Shown one piece after another: positions 9,839 through 18,641 of a stretch of DNA of 64,000 bases. The position numbers and the translations under genes are program-made. The stretch comes from Candidatus Eiseniibacteriota bacterium (GTDB lineage Bacteria; Eisenbacteria; RBG-16-71-46): assembly GCA_963717505.1 (NCBI GenBank), contig OY970342.1, positions 1,728,001 to 1,792,000 on the forward strand. Reading direction: 5' to 3'. The number at the start of each line of letters is the position of its first letter. The stretch's first letter is position 1. The notes below the pieces were generated by a model. It was not told the origin of the DNA. It ran no database searches and saw only the letters and a list, made by a program, of their open reading frames with translations.

Positions 9839-10829
9839 GAAAGCGCTCGTCGGGCTCGCGCTCCCCGTCGCGATGCTGATCACGTCACCGCCAGCGCATG
9901 CGCAGTTCTCGCTCGGCGAGCAACGCGCCGGCACCTCGTCCGGCACGTTCCTCAAGATCGGCGTCGGGGCGCGCGCCACCGGGTTCGGCGAATCGTTCGT
10001 GGCGGTGGCCAACGACCCGACCGCGATCTACTGGAACCCGGCCGGCCTGGCGTCGATGCAGCGCCAGGAAGTCTCGCTCAGCCATATCTCGTGGCCGGGC
10101 GACATCAATTTCGAGCACGTGTCCTACGTGTTGCCGGTCCAGCGCCTCGGGGGTTCGCTCGCGTTCCAACTCGGCGCGCTGAGCACCGAGATCGAGGAGA
10201 CCACCGAGTTCCAGCCGTTCGGCACCGGGCGGTCGTTCTTCTTCACCGACATCGTGGCCGGTGCCGCCTACGCGCGACGTTGGACCGACAAGCTGCTGGT
10301 CGGCGCCGGGCTCAAGTACCTGCGGGAGGACCTGGGTTCCGACGTTGGCGGACCGGTGACCGACGCGTTCCTGTTCGATCTCGGCTCCATCTACTACCTC
10401 GGCTACGGCAGCGTGCGGATCGCGGTCGCGCTGACCAACTTCGGTCCCCAGCTCCAACCGAGCGGCAACTTCGTGTCGCCGGTCAGCGGCGAGGTGCGCA
10501 GCTACGACGGCTTCGACCCGCCGATGGTGTTCCGCTACGGGGTCGCGTTCGAGCCGGTCGAGTCGGTGGAGCAGCGCCTGACCACGTCGATCGAGTTCGA
10601 CCAGCCGGCCGACAACGCGCTGCTGATGAAGGCGGGCGCCGAGTGGACCTGGCATCGCCAGTTCGCGCTGCGCACCGGCTACAACTTCGGCGCCGACGAC
10701 CTCCAGTACTCGGCCGGCGCCGGCGTGCACGTCGCGATGGGGCAGACCCAGGCGGACGTCGACTATGCCTACTCCCATGCTCGGTTCCTCGAGTCCGTGC
10801 ATCGCGTCACGTTGGGGCTTCGATTCTGA
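9828..10829 (+). CDS. PorV/PorQ-family outer-membrane beta-barrel
   Basis: FLKIGVGARATGFGESFVAVANDPTAIYWNPAGL signature; LRTGY, DYAY, C-terminal F. Confidence 0.88.
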   Translation: MTSRKALVGLALPVAMLITSPPAHAQFSLGEQRAGTSSGTFLKIGVGARATGFGESFVAVANDPTAIYWNPAGLASMQRQEVSLSHISWPGDINFEHVSYVLPVQRLGGSLAFQLGALSTEIEETTEFQPFGTGRSFFFTDIVAGAAYARRWTDKLLVGAGLKYLREDLGSDVGGPVTDAFLFDLGSIYYLGYGSVRIAVALTNFGPQLQPSGNFVSPVSGEVRSYDGFDPPMVFRYGVAFEPVESVEQRLTTSIEFDQPADNALLMKAGAEWTWHRQFALRTGYNFGADDLQYSAGAGVHVAMGQTQADVDYAYSHARFLESVHRVTLGLRF

Positions 10830-11992
10830 TGGCCACCCATCACCCGATGCCCTCGCCCGGAAAGAGTGCCTGCGCGGTGCTTGCCGTCATCGGGTTGGCG
10901 CTGCAGTCCGGCTGCGGCGCCAAGTTCGAGCTGCCGACCGAGACCCCGCAGGGCTCGATCATTCCCGGCGATGGCACCTATCAGATGGAAGCCACCTGGA
11001 CCGGAATGATCGGCGTGCGCGACCTGCTGTACACGTCGGCCGGGCAGCTCTACGTGCTGCTCAACGACGGCAGGGGCAACGTCGACCTCGATGGCTACTC
11101 GCGCTTCAAGCCCGACCCGCAGCCGCTCGGCTATCCGTTCCGGACCCTGTTCAACCCGATCCAGGTGTGCGAGGGCAAGAGCTACCTGTTCGTGCTCGAT
11201 CAGGGCGACACCTGCGCAGCGCGCACCAACGAGGACACCGGCAAGTGCCAGGCCGACTCCGCATGGAACAACAACGTCGTGGATCTATCCAAGTACTGGC
11301 GGGTCCGTGAGTACACGCTGGTCGGCGCCGGCATGGGGGGCTTCGACACGGTGAGCACGTTCACCGACACGACGTTGGCCATGGTCGAAGGCATCGCGGC
11401 CGACGATGTCGGCAACGTTTACGTGGCGGGCCTTGCGATCGTCTATGTGCCCGACTTCCTCGACCCGCGCATCAAGACCCGCACGTTCCTGTGGCAGATC
11501 CGGCGCTATCAGCGTGGCCCCGGCGACGACAACATGCCGGGCGCCAACTGGCACCGCGACATGACCTGGGTGGTTGAACAGGGGGAGGGCACCGGGTTCG
11601 TCAACGGCCCGCGCGGCATCTACTGGCGGCGGGCACTCAACGGACCCGCGCTGTTCTCGACCGAGGTCGGGACCAATCGCGCGCAGAAGCTCTACGACAA
11701 CATCAGCAACACGGCCTATTTCCAGATCACTGAAGACGATCAGGCCCAACGGCTGGCCCGCCCGCTGGACGTGGCGGCCGACGAGCTGGGCGACGTCTAT
11801 GTTGCCGACACGGAAAACCAGCGCGTCCTCCGCTACGGGCCCTCCGGCGAGTTCTTGCAGCGGGTGGACGTCGAGCCCGATGTGCAAGGACAGCTGCTCG
11901 AGGTGCCGGTGACGGTTGCTGCCGACAGCCAGTACGTGTTCGTCGGCGACTTCGACCTGGGCAAGGTGATTCGCTACCGGAGGCGTTTGTGA
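10829..11992 (+). CDS. Lipoprotein with NHL-like beta-propeller repeats
   Basis: LQSGC lipobox; PLDVAADELGDVYVADTENQRVLRY and related NHL-like blades; TGATG coupling. Confidence 0.7.
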   Translation: MATHHPMPSPGKSACAVLAVIGLALQSGCGAKFELPTETPQGSIIPGDGTYQMEATWTGMIGVRDLLYTSAGQLYVLLNDGRGNVDLDGYSRFKPDPQPLGYPFRTLFNPIQVCEGKSYLFVLDQGDTCAARTNEDTGKCQADSAWNNNVVDLSKYWRVREYTLVGAGMGGFDTVSTFTDTTLAMVEGIAADDVGNVYVAGLAIVYVPDFLDPRIKTRTFLWQIRRYQRGPGDDNMPGANWHRDMTWVVEQGEGTGFVNGPRGIYWRRALNGPALFSTEVGTNRAQKLYDNISNTAYFQITEDDQAQRLARPLDVAADELGDVYVADTENQRVLRYGPSGEFLQRVDVEPDVQGQLLEVPVTVAADSQYVFVGDFDLGKVIRYRRRL

Positions 11993-14013
11993 CCCGAATC
12001 CACGCGGTCCTTGCCGTCGTCACCCTGCTGGGGCTGGCGACCTCTCCGGCGGCCGGCGACCCCGATCACCTCGCGAGACGCGGCGTCGAGCCGGCCGCGG
12101 CGCAGCAGGTGCAGGCGGATTCGATCCGATTCTCGCTGCGCGTGACCGACAACAACCTGGTCGGGATCACGATGACCAACTACGGATTCGTCGGCAACAA
12201 CTTCGTCTCGCGAGCACCCTCGCTCGAGTACCCGCTGGGCACGGCCTTCGAGCATCTGGTGCGCGGCGGGTTGTGGATCGGCGCCCGCGCGATCGACGAC
12301 GACGGCCCATTCACCGGAGTCTCGACCGCGGCGGAAGACGGCTCCCAGGGCAACGCCAGCCAGGGCGCCACCGAGTACACGCCGGCGGGGCTCGACATTC
12401 AGATTCGCTCGAGCCTGCCCAACGACCGCTACTTCAACCCCTCGTCGGTCAGCGAGCAGGACTTCGTCAGCGAATTCAGCGATCGGCCGTCGAAGCGCGT
12501 GACGGCGACCGAACGCCACCGCTCGATGAACATCCTCGTGCGTCAGGAGAATTACCAGTGGTCGTTCTCCGAGTACGCGCACACCATCATCTTCCACTAC
12601 GTGATCACCAATCTGGGGTTGCCGCTGCAGGACGCATGGGTCGGCTTCTATACCGAGTTCGCGAGCGGTCCCAAGAACCTGTACAGCGTCTGGCCGCCGA
12701 GCAGCGCCGGCAGCACGATCGGCAGCTGGTTCAACAAGAAGTGGATCGCCTACGACGACTCGCTGCGCCTGTCGCGCGAGCACTACTGCGCCGGCCAGCC
12801 GATTCCGCAGGCGTGCAATGCCGAGCTGGTGCCGCCGTGGATCGGCGTCAAGCTGTTGGGTGTGAGCCCCGGCGACGTCAAGGACACCACCGACAAGAAA
12901 GTCACGTTCGCAGCGTGGGACTACGATCCGGGCAGCGCGGCGCGCGACGAGGATCGCGAACGCTATGCGATCCTGAGCGCAGGAACCCTGCAAGCGGTGG
13001 AGGGCGACTCATTGCTTCCCGGCACCGGGGATCCGGTGCAGCTGATCGCGGTCGGTCCGTTCCCGTTGATCAACCCAGGCGACAGCATCTACGTGGACTT
13101 CGCGGTGGTGGGCGGCCTGACCGTCGAGCGCATCCAGGAGCACTCGCGCTTCGCGCAGCGGGCGTTCGACCGCGGCTACATCGTCCCGGTGCCGCCACCG
13201 TCGCCGCGCTTCCGAGCGGTAGCGCGCAACGGAACGCTCGACCTCTATTGGGACGACTCGGCCGAGAGCTTCTCCGACCCGACCAGTCGTCCGAACCCCG
13301 TCGACTTCGAGGGCTATCGCGTTTACGCGAGCGAAGATCGACAGAACCTGAATCGGATCGCACAGTTCGACAAGGCGACCCCACCCAACGACACCACCGG
13401 ATTCAACACCGGCCTCGACGTCGTGCGCCTGCCGGTGCCCGAGGTCATCGACGGCGTCGCCTACCAGTACAAGTACACGATCGGATCGCTCAAGAACGGC
13501 TTCAAGTACTACGCGGCGGTGACCTCGTACGACCTGGGCAATAGTGAAATCAGCTCGCTCGAAAGCGGCCTCACCCAGAACAAGACCATGGCGATCCCGG
13601 CGCCGGCCCCGGGCGAGCAGGCGGGCAGCGGCGACGTCGTCGTATTCCCGAATCCCTATCGCGTCGAGGCGCGGTGGGATCAGGGGGCACTGGTCCGCGA
13701 CCACTACCTGTGGTTCGCGAACCTGCCCGAGCGCTGCACGATCCGCATCTACACGCTCTCGGGCGACCTGGTGTTCGAGACCGAGTTCGACGGCGCCACC
13801 TACCAGGGGCAGGGCACGCGCGGCATCTACGACCCGAATCGCGAACTCGACGTGGATGCGCCGACCTTGTCGGGGCGCAGCTTCGGCTGGAACCTGATCA
13901 GCCAGGAGGGGCAGGCGGTGGCGACCGGTCTCTACCTGTACTCGGTCGAAGCGAACGGGGACCGGCACGTCGGCAAGTTCCTGATCGTCAAGTCGGACCG
14001 GGAGGACTTCTGA
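11989..14013 (+). CDS. Secreted protein with FN3-like region and C-terminal T9SS type-A/FlgD-like sorting domain
   Basis: Signal peptide; LEYPLG...GGLWIGA N-domain; PPPSP...LYWD...FEGYRVY...YYAAVTSYD; VVVFPNPY...IRIYTLSGDLV...WNL...VATGLYLY. Confidence 0.75.
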   Translation: MTRIHAVLAVVTLLGLATSPAAGDPDHLARRGVEPAAAQQVQADSIRFSLRVTDNNLVGITMTNYGFVGNNFVSRAPSLEYPLGTAFEHLVRGGLWIGARAIDDDGPFTGVSTAAEDGSQGNASQGATEYTPAGLDIQIRSSLPNDRYFNPSSVSEQDFVSEFSDRPSKRVTATERHRSMNILVRQENYQWSFSEYAHTIIFHYVITNLGLPLQDAWVGFYTEFASGPKNLYSVWPPSSAGSTIGSWFNKKWIAYDDSLRLSREHYCAGQPIPQACNAELVPPWIGVKLLGVSPGDVKDTTDKKVTFAAWDYDPGSAARDEDRERYAILSAGTLQAVEGDSLLPGTGDPVQLIAVGPFPLINPGDSIYVDFAVVGGLTVERIQEHSRFAQRAFDRGYIVPVPPPSPRFRAVARNGTLDLYWDDSAESFSDPTSRPNPVDFEGYRVYASEDRQNLNRIAQFDKATPPNDTTGFNTGLDVVRLPVPEVIDGVAYQYKYTIGSLKNGFKYYAAVTSYDLGNSEISSLESGLTQNKTMAIPAPAPGEQAGSGDVVVFPNPYRVEARWDQGALVRDHYLWFANLPERCTIRIYTLSGDLVFETEFDGATYQGQGTRGIYDPNRELDVDAPTLSGRSFGWNLISQEGQAVATGLYLYSVEANGDRHVGKFLIVKSDREDF

Positions 14014-14014
14014 A

Positions 14015-15541
14015 ATGACGCTCGGTCCCTCGCGTCGACGCAGTTCCGAGCGCTCAGGAACCCGGCCCTCGCGCCCGCTCCGCCCGGCCTTGCTGGTGCT
14101 GGTGCCCATGGCATTGCTCGCGATCGCCGCCTGCTCGCCCAAGGAGACCTTCGTCCCGCAGCTGCCGCCCGAGACGACGATCTTCATCCAAGGACCGGTG
14201 GACCCAGTGCACCATCACGTCCATCTCTACTGGTTTGGCAGTGATCCCGACGGCGACGTCATGTACTACGAAATCCGCCTGCTGAATCCGGACTCGCTCG
14301 CCGATTCGGCGTGGGTCGCGACGACTGCGGCGGACAGCGAATTCTTCGTCTATACGCCCGATGGCTACACCGATCCCGTTCTCGAGGTGCGTGCGGTCGA
14401 CGACGACGGGCTGCGCGATCCGACGCCGGCGCGGCAGCTATTCCAGTTCCGCAACGACGCCCCAGTTGTGTCCATCGGGCCCTACCCGGTGCTGAGCGAC
14501 ACGACCTATGCGTCGTTGACGCTGAGCTGGGTCGGGATCGATCCCGACGGCGACGCTGGACGTCTGACCTATCGCATTTGGCTGAGCGGCAACCAGGATG
14601 ACGCGCGGACCACCACCGAGCGAACCTTCACCATTCCCAGCGCGGATTTCTTCGAAGGTCCGGCGGCCGACAGCAGCGTGCGCCGCGTGTACGTCCAGGC
14701 GATCGACGAAGGTGGCATGGCCAGCGCTCCCGCGATTCGGCAGTGGGTGGTGCGACCGCTGACGATCGGCGGTGGCCCGCCGCGGCTCCTGATCATCGAC
14801 GATGTTCCCTCCAACCATGAATCCACCCAAGCGGTCAACTTCCGCACCGACACGCTGTGGGCGAATGGCGCGGTGCGCAACCTGCCCGCGGGCACCTGGA
14901 GCATTCTGCGTCTCCAGTTCACGCAACCGTTTCGCTCGCCAAAAGACGCCGAGCAGACCTTCGCCAACTATGACGCGGTGATCTGGTACCGCGGGACCAA
15001 CACGACCTTTTCGACGGTGCTGCGCGACGTCCAGGACGGCATCGGGGCGGCCCTCGACGCCGGAACCAGCGTCTTGATCGAAGGCGTGGCCCTGGCCGGC
15101 GTAAGCGCGGCCACCGGTCCGCTGCGGGCGGACTTCCTGGCGCGCTACTTCGCCACCGACCACCTGTACAAGTACTTCGATGTAACCCCGGGAGACTCCT
15201 CGATCGCCTGGAGTGTGCAGATCGGGGGCGTGTTCCGGTCGGGGCCGGTGATTCCGATCGACAGTCTGCGGATCCAGCAGAACCGGGGGGGGCTGCACGG
15301 ATTCGCCGTGCCGGACACCGGCCTGGTCTTGCTCTGGGCACGGACGGGGGCCCTGTCGCAGCCGAACACCTTCGACATGCCGGTGGCGATCGCGGTGCCT
15401 CAGGCATCCGGCGGCACTGCGGCTATGGTTTCGCTCCCGTTGGTCGAAACGTCACCGTCAGGGCCCGGAGGCACGTTCCCCCAGCGAGCAACAGCCTTCG
15501 TAAACAATGTTTTCGTCCACGTGCTGGACCTCGTCCCCTGA
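14015..15541 (+). CDS. Hypothetical lipoprotein (Ig/FN3-like N-terminal repeats)
   Basis: IAAC lipobox; PPETTI, WFGSDPDGDV and WVGIDPDGD repeats, VRAVDDDG..DPTPA; exact start uncertain. Confidence 0.65.
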   Translation: MTLGPSRRRSSERSGTRPSRPLRPALLVLVPMALLAIAACSPKETFVPQLPPETTIFIQGPVDPVHHHVHLYWFGSDPDGDVMYYEIRLLNPDSLADSAWVATTAADSEFFVYTPDGYTDPVLEVRAVDDDGLRDPTPARQLFQFRNDAPVVSIGPYPVLSDTTYASLTLSWVGIDPDGDAGRLTYRIWLSGNQDDARTTTERTFTIPSADFFEGPAADSSVRRVYVQAIDEGGMASAPAIRQWVVRPLTIGGGPPRLLIIDDVPSNHESTQAVNFRTDTLWANGAVRNLPAGTWSILRLQFTQPFRSPKDAEQTFANYDAVIWYRGTNTTFSTVLRDVQDGIGAALDAGTSVLIEGVALAGVSAATGPLRADFLARYFATDHLYKYFDVTPGDSSIAWSVQIGGVFRSGPVIPIDSLRIQQNRGGLHGFAVPDTGLVLLWARTGALSQPNTFDMPVAIAVPQASGGTAAMVSLPLVETSPSGPGGTFPQRATAFVNNVFVHVLDLVP

Positions 15542-15740
15542 CATGACGGTCTAAACTCGTTTGCTGCGGGGCTCCTGACGCTCTGCTAGCATCGTGGCGG
15601 TTCCGAAAACTCGAAGCCCGGTAACTCAAGCCGGGGCAGCTGGGAATGTCGGTCCACGCCCCCAAGGACCTCGCTCCGTTCCCACGCCCGCCGCGACGAA
15701 CCCGGATCGCCGAACCGAACACATCGGAAGGGAAACCATC

Positions 15741-17837
15741 ATGCGCAAGACCGCCACCACTCTGTTGGCCAGCGCACTGCTTGTCGTGTGCGCCTCCATG
15801 GCCGGAGCCGCCGACCGCTACCCGCCGGGGCCCGGCGGAGTGTGTACCGACACGCTCAGCATCTTCCAGTTCCAGAATCCCGCCGCCGCGCCCTGCCACC
15901 CGGCAGCTCTCGACACGGTGTGGGGCCTGCGCGGCGTCATCACCGGATTCGACGCACGCGCGAGCGCCTACGGGTTCTACATGCAGGACACCGGCTTCGC
16001 GAATTGGGCCGGCGTCGACGTGTTCACTGCGGCGACCAACTATCTCGGGCCGGTACCGGGGTCCCCCTCGGGTGGCAACCTGGCGATCGGCGACATCGTC
16101 GTCGTCTACGGAACCAAGCAGGAGTTCCAGGGCGAAACCGAGATCGAAGGGCCGGACGTCACCCAGTCGACCGACGACATCATCATCCGCAAGATCAGCT
16201 CGGGGAACCCCGTGCCCGCGCCGATTGCCGGCACGACCGCGACGTTCGGCCACCTGCCGACCAATCCGAACGGCGAGCAGTACGAAGGCATGTTGGTTTC
16301 GATCGGCGTGCCGATGCGCGTTGCGCGTACGTCGCTGACCGGCGGCCTGCCGTTCAACTCGTTCCTGCTGGTGAATCAGGCCGGTCCGGCCACCGATAGC
16401 GTCCACGTCGACGGCCAGACCCTCACCGCCGTCGCGGTCACACCGCCGGCCGTCGGCACTACGGTCGCCAGCGTGCGCGGCATCTGGCACCAGCGCACGA
16501 ACAACGTCAGCTCGTTCCGCATACAGCTGCGCGACGGCAACGACATCAACATCCAGACGCCGCCGAATCTGGCGGACGCCTACCCGGTCGCGGACAACGT
16601 CGTGCGCGTGGTGTTCGACCGCAACGTCACCGCGGCCAGCGCCGAGAACGAGGCCAACTACTCGCTGGCTTCGTTGGGTTCCGTCGATCTGGCGACCTCG
16701 GTGTCGGCGAGTGCCGTGAACCTGACCATCAGCAACGGTCTGGCGGACGGCGACCTCGAAGGCGTCACCGTGGTCGGAGTGGTCGCGGCCGCGAGCGGCC
16801 TGGCGATGACCACGCCGCAGAACCTGGGCTTCGTGAACGGCGTGGTCGAGCCGTCGGTCATCCAGGAAGCCGATCCCTCGGCGCTGGCCGGCAGCCCGTG
16901 CGAGGACCGTTCGCGCTATGCGGGACCGGGCACCTCGTTCGGATCTCTGCGCGTGTCGATCCGCGGCATCAGCGTGGCGCAGTACGGCGCCCTCTACTAC
17001 ATAGTCGGCGAGAGCGGCGGGCTTCGTAACGGCGTGTCGGTGTTCGGACCGCCGGCGCCGCTGACCCGCGGCAACCGCTACGTGGTGGTCGGGTTCGTCC
17101 AGGAGTTCGGTTCCGGCCCGCAGAACGGCCGCGAGACCGAAATCGTCAGCTCGCCGCTGGTGGTCAACGAAGGACCGGTCGCAGAGCCTGCGCCGCTGAT
17201 CGAGGAAGTCGGGGCGCTCCAGGACACGACCTGCGACGCCACTTCGCCCCAGCTCTTCAGCCACCTGACGACCGGCGAAGATTACGAATGCACGCTGGTG
17301 CGCGTGGCGCGGGGACGGATCACCGAGAACCGGCTGTCGGGCCAGAGCTTCTTCATGACCGACGAGTTCGGAACCTCGGGCGATACGATCCTGGTCGCGA
17401 ACAATGCCAGCAGCTACACGTTCGATCCGGATTCGCTGCAGATCGTCCAGGTCACCGGCACGCTGTCGTCGAACAGCGCGAGTTCGCGTCGATTCCGGAT
17501 CCAGCCGCGGACCAACGCGGACATCCGCAAGATCACCGGCGCCGGAGTCGATCCGATCGTGCGCACGGTTTCGTTCTCGTCATCGCCGAATCCGGCGCGC
17601 GTGCCGAGGATGGTGTTCGCGCTGCCACAGGAGGCCGAGGTCGATCTCGCGGTCTACGATCTGTTCGGCCGCCGGATCCAGACGCTGGCCAAGGGCAAGC
17701 TCGAAGCCGGCACGCACACGCGTGAGTGGAACGGCCTGGGCACCGGCGGCGGCGTTGCCGGCTCGGGCATCTACTTCTACAAGCTGATGGTCGGCAAGGA
17801 CTACGTGAAGACCATCCAGGGAGTGAAGCTCAACTAG
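15741..17837 (+). CDS. Secreted protein with two OB-fold-like modules (YhcR/ExeM type), Ig-like linker and FlgD/T9SS C-terminal domain
   Basis: Signal peptide MRKTATTLL...AGA; repeats GFYMQD...GDIVVVYGTKQEFQGETEI...EQYEGMLV and GNRYVVVGFVQEF...ETEI...EDYECTLV...FRIQPRTNADI; PNPAR...VYDLFGRRI...SGIYFYKL. Confidence 0.7.
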   Translation: MRKTATTLLASALLVVCASMAGAADRYPPGPGGVCTDTLSIFQFQNPAAAPCHPAALDTVWGLRGVITGFDARASAYGFYMQDTGFANWAGVDVFTAATNYLGPVPGSPSGGNLAIGDIVVVYGTKQEFQGETEIEGPDVTQSTDDIIIRKISSGNPVPAPIAGTTATFGHLPTNPNGEQYEGMLVSIGVPMRVARTSLTGGLPFNSFLLVNQAGPATDSVHVDGQTLTAVAVTPPAVGTTVASVRGIWHQRTNNVSSFRIQLRDGNDINIQTPPNLADAYPVADNVVRVVFDRNVTAASAENEANYSLASLGSVDLATSVSASAVNLTISNGLADGDLEGVTVVGVVAAASGLAMTTPQNLGFVNGVVEPSVIQEADPSALAGSPCEDRSRYAGPGTSFGSLRVSIRGISVAQYGALYYIVGESGGLRNGVSVFGPPAPLTRGNRYVVVGFVQEFGSGPQNGRETEIVSSPLVVNEGPVAEPAPLIEEVGALQDTTCDATSPQLFSHLTTGEDYECTLVRVARGRITENRLSGQSFFMTDEFGTSGDTILVANNASSYTFDPDSLQIVQVTGTLSSNSASSRRFRIQPRTNADIRKITGAGVDPIVRTVSFSSSPNPARVPRMVFALPQEAEVDLAVYDLFGRRIQTLAKGKLEAGTHTREWNGLGTGGGVAGSGIYFYKLMVGKDYVKTIQGVKLN

Positions 17838-17873
17838 CTCTCTGCATTTCGGCGGGGCCGCACCCCGCACGCG

Positions 17874-17903
17874 CGGCCGGGTCCTGCTTTCGGGACCCGG
17901 CCG
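17874..17903 (+). terminator. GC-rich hairpin after the TBDR operon
   Basis: CGGCCGGGTCC / GGACCCGGCCG perfect 11-bp inverted repeat; no clear U tract. Confidence 0.5.
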
Positions 17904-17973
17904 ATTGCGTTACGGGAAGGCTGCGGTGTCTCCCGGCTCGGGAAACTGGTGGGGATGACCGCTCCCGGCGCGG

Positions 17974-18002
17974 TTGGAGCGGCCTGCCGCCGGGCCTATA
18001 AT
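17974..18002 (+). promoter_or_regulatory. Sigma70 promoter for the thioesterase-lipoate operon
   Basis: TTGGAG-N17-TATAAT (consensus -10). Confidence 0.65.
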
Positions 18003-18038
18003 CGCCCGGTCCTGTCGACCGTTCCGGAGGCCCTTCAC

Positions 18039-18563
18039 CTGACGCACCCTGAGACTTTCCTGGCGCCGCGTCGCGTGCGCGACTCGGTCACCGACATGAC
18101 CCAGCTGGTCCTGCCCCACGAGGCCAACGTGCACGGCAGCGTGCTGGGCGGTACGGTCATGCACTGGATCGACCTGGCGGCGGCGGTCACCGCCAACCGC
18201 CATTGCCGCCGTCCGGTGGTGACCGCGGCAATCGACGAAATGTCGTTCCTGGCGCCGATCCTGGTCGGCCAACTGGCCTGTCTGCACGCGAAGATCACGC
18301 TGGTCGATAAGAGCAGTATGGAGATTCGCGTCACCGTGGAGTCCGAGGATCTGTTGACCGGGGAGCGGCGACACACCAGCACGGCTTACGTCACGTTCGT
18401 TGCGATCGACCCGGTGACGCGCCGGCCGGTGCGGGTGCCGCCGCTGGTATTCGAGACCGACGAAGAACGGGCCGAGCACCAACAGGCGCAGGAACGACGT
18501 CGCATTCGACTCGAACGCCGCGAAGCGATGCGTTCGGGCGGCGGCGCCACCGCCAGGTCGTAG
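18039..18563 (+). CDS. Acyl-CoA thioesterase (hotdog fold, YciA-like); probable CTG start
   Basis: VLPHEANVHGSVLGGTVMHWID, VVTAAIDEMSFLAPI, SSMEIRV, AYVTFVAID; GGAGG SD 8 nt before CTG 18039. Confidence 0.88.
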   Translation: MTHPETFLAPRRVRDSVTDMTQLVLPHEANVHGSVLGGTVMHWIDLAAAVTANRHCRRPVVTAAIDEMSFLAPILVGQLACLHAKITLVDKSSMEIRVTVESEDLLTGERRHTSTAYVTFVAIDPVTRRPVRVPPLVFETDEERAEHQQAQERRRIRLERREAMRSGGGATARS

Positions 18564-18641
18564 GAGCAGAGATCGAGGCGCGGGTTTCCCGCGCATGGAC
18601 GCCCGGCCGCGGAGCGGCCGGGCCTGCAAGGAGGAGTTGAG

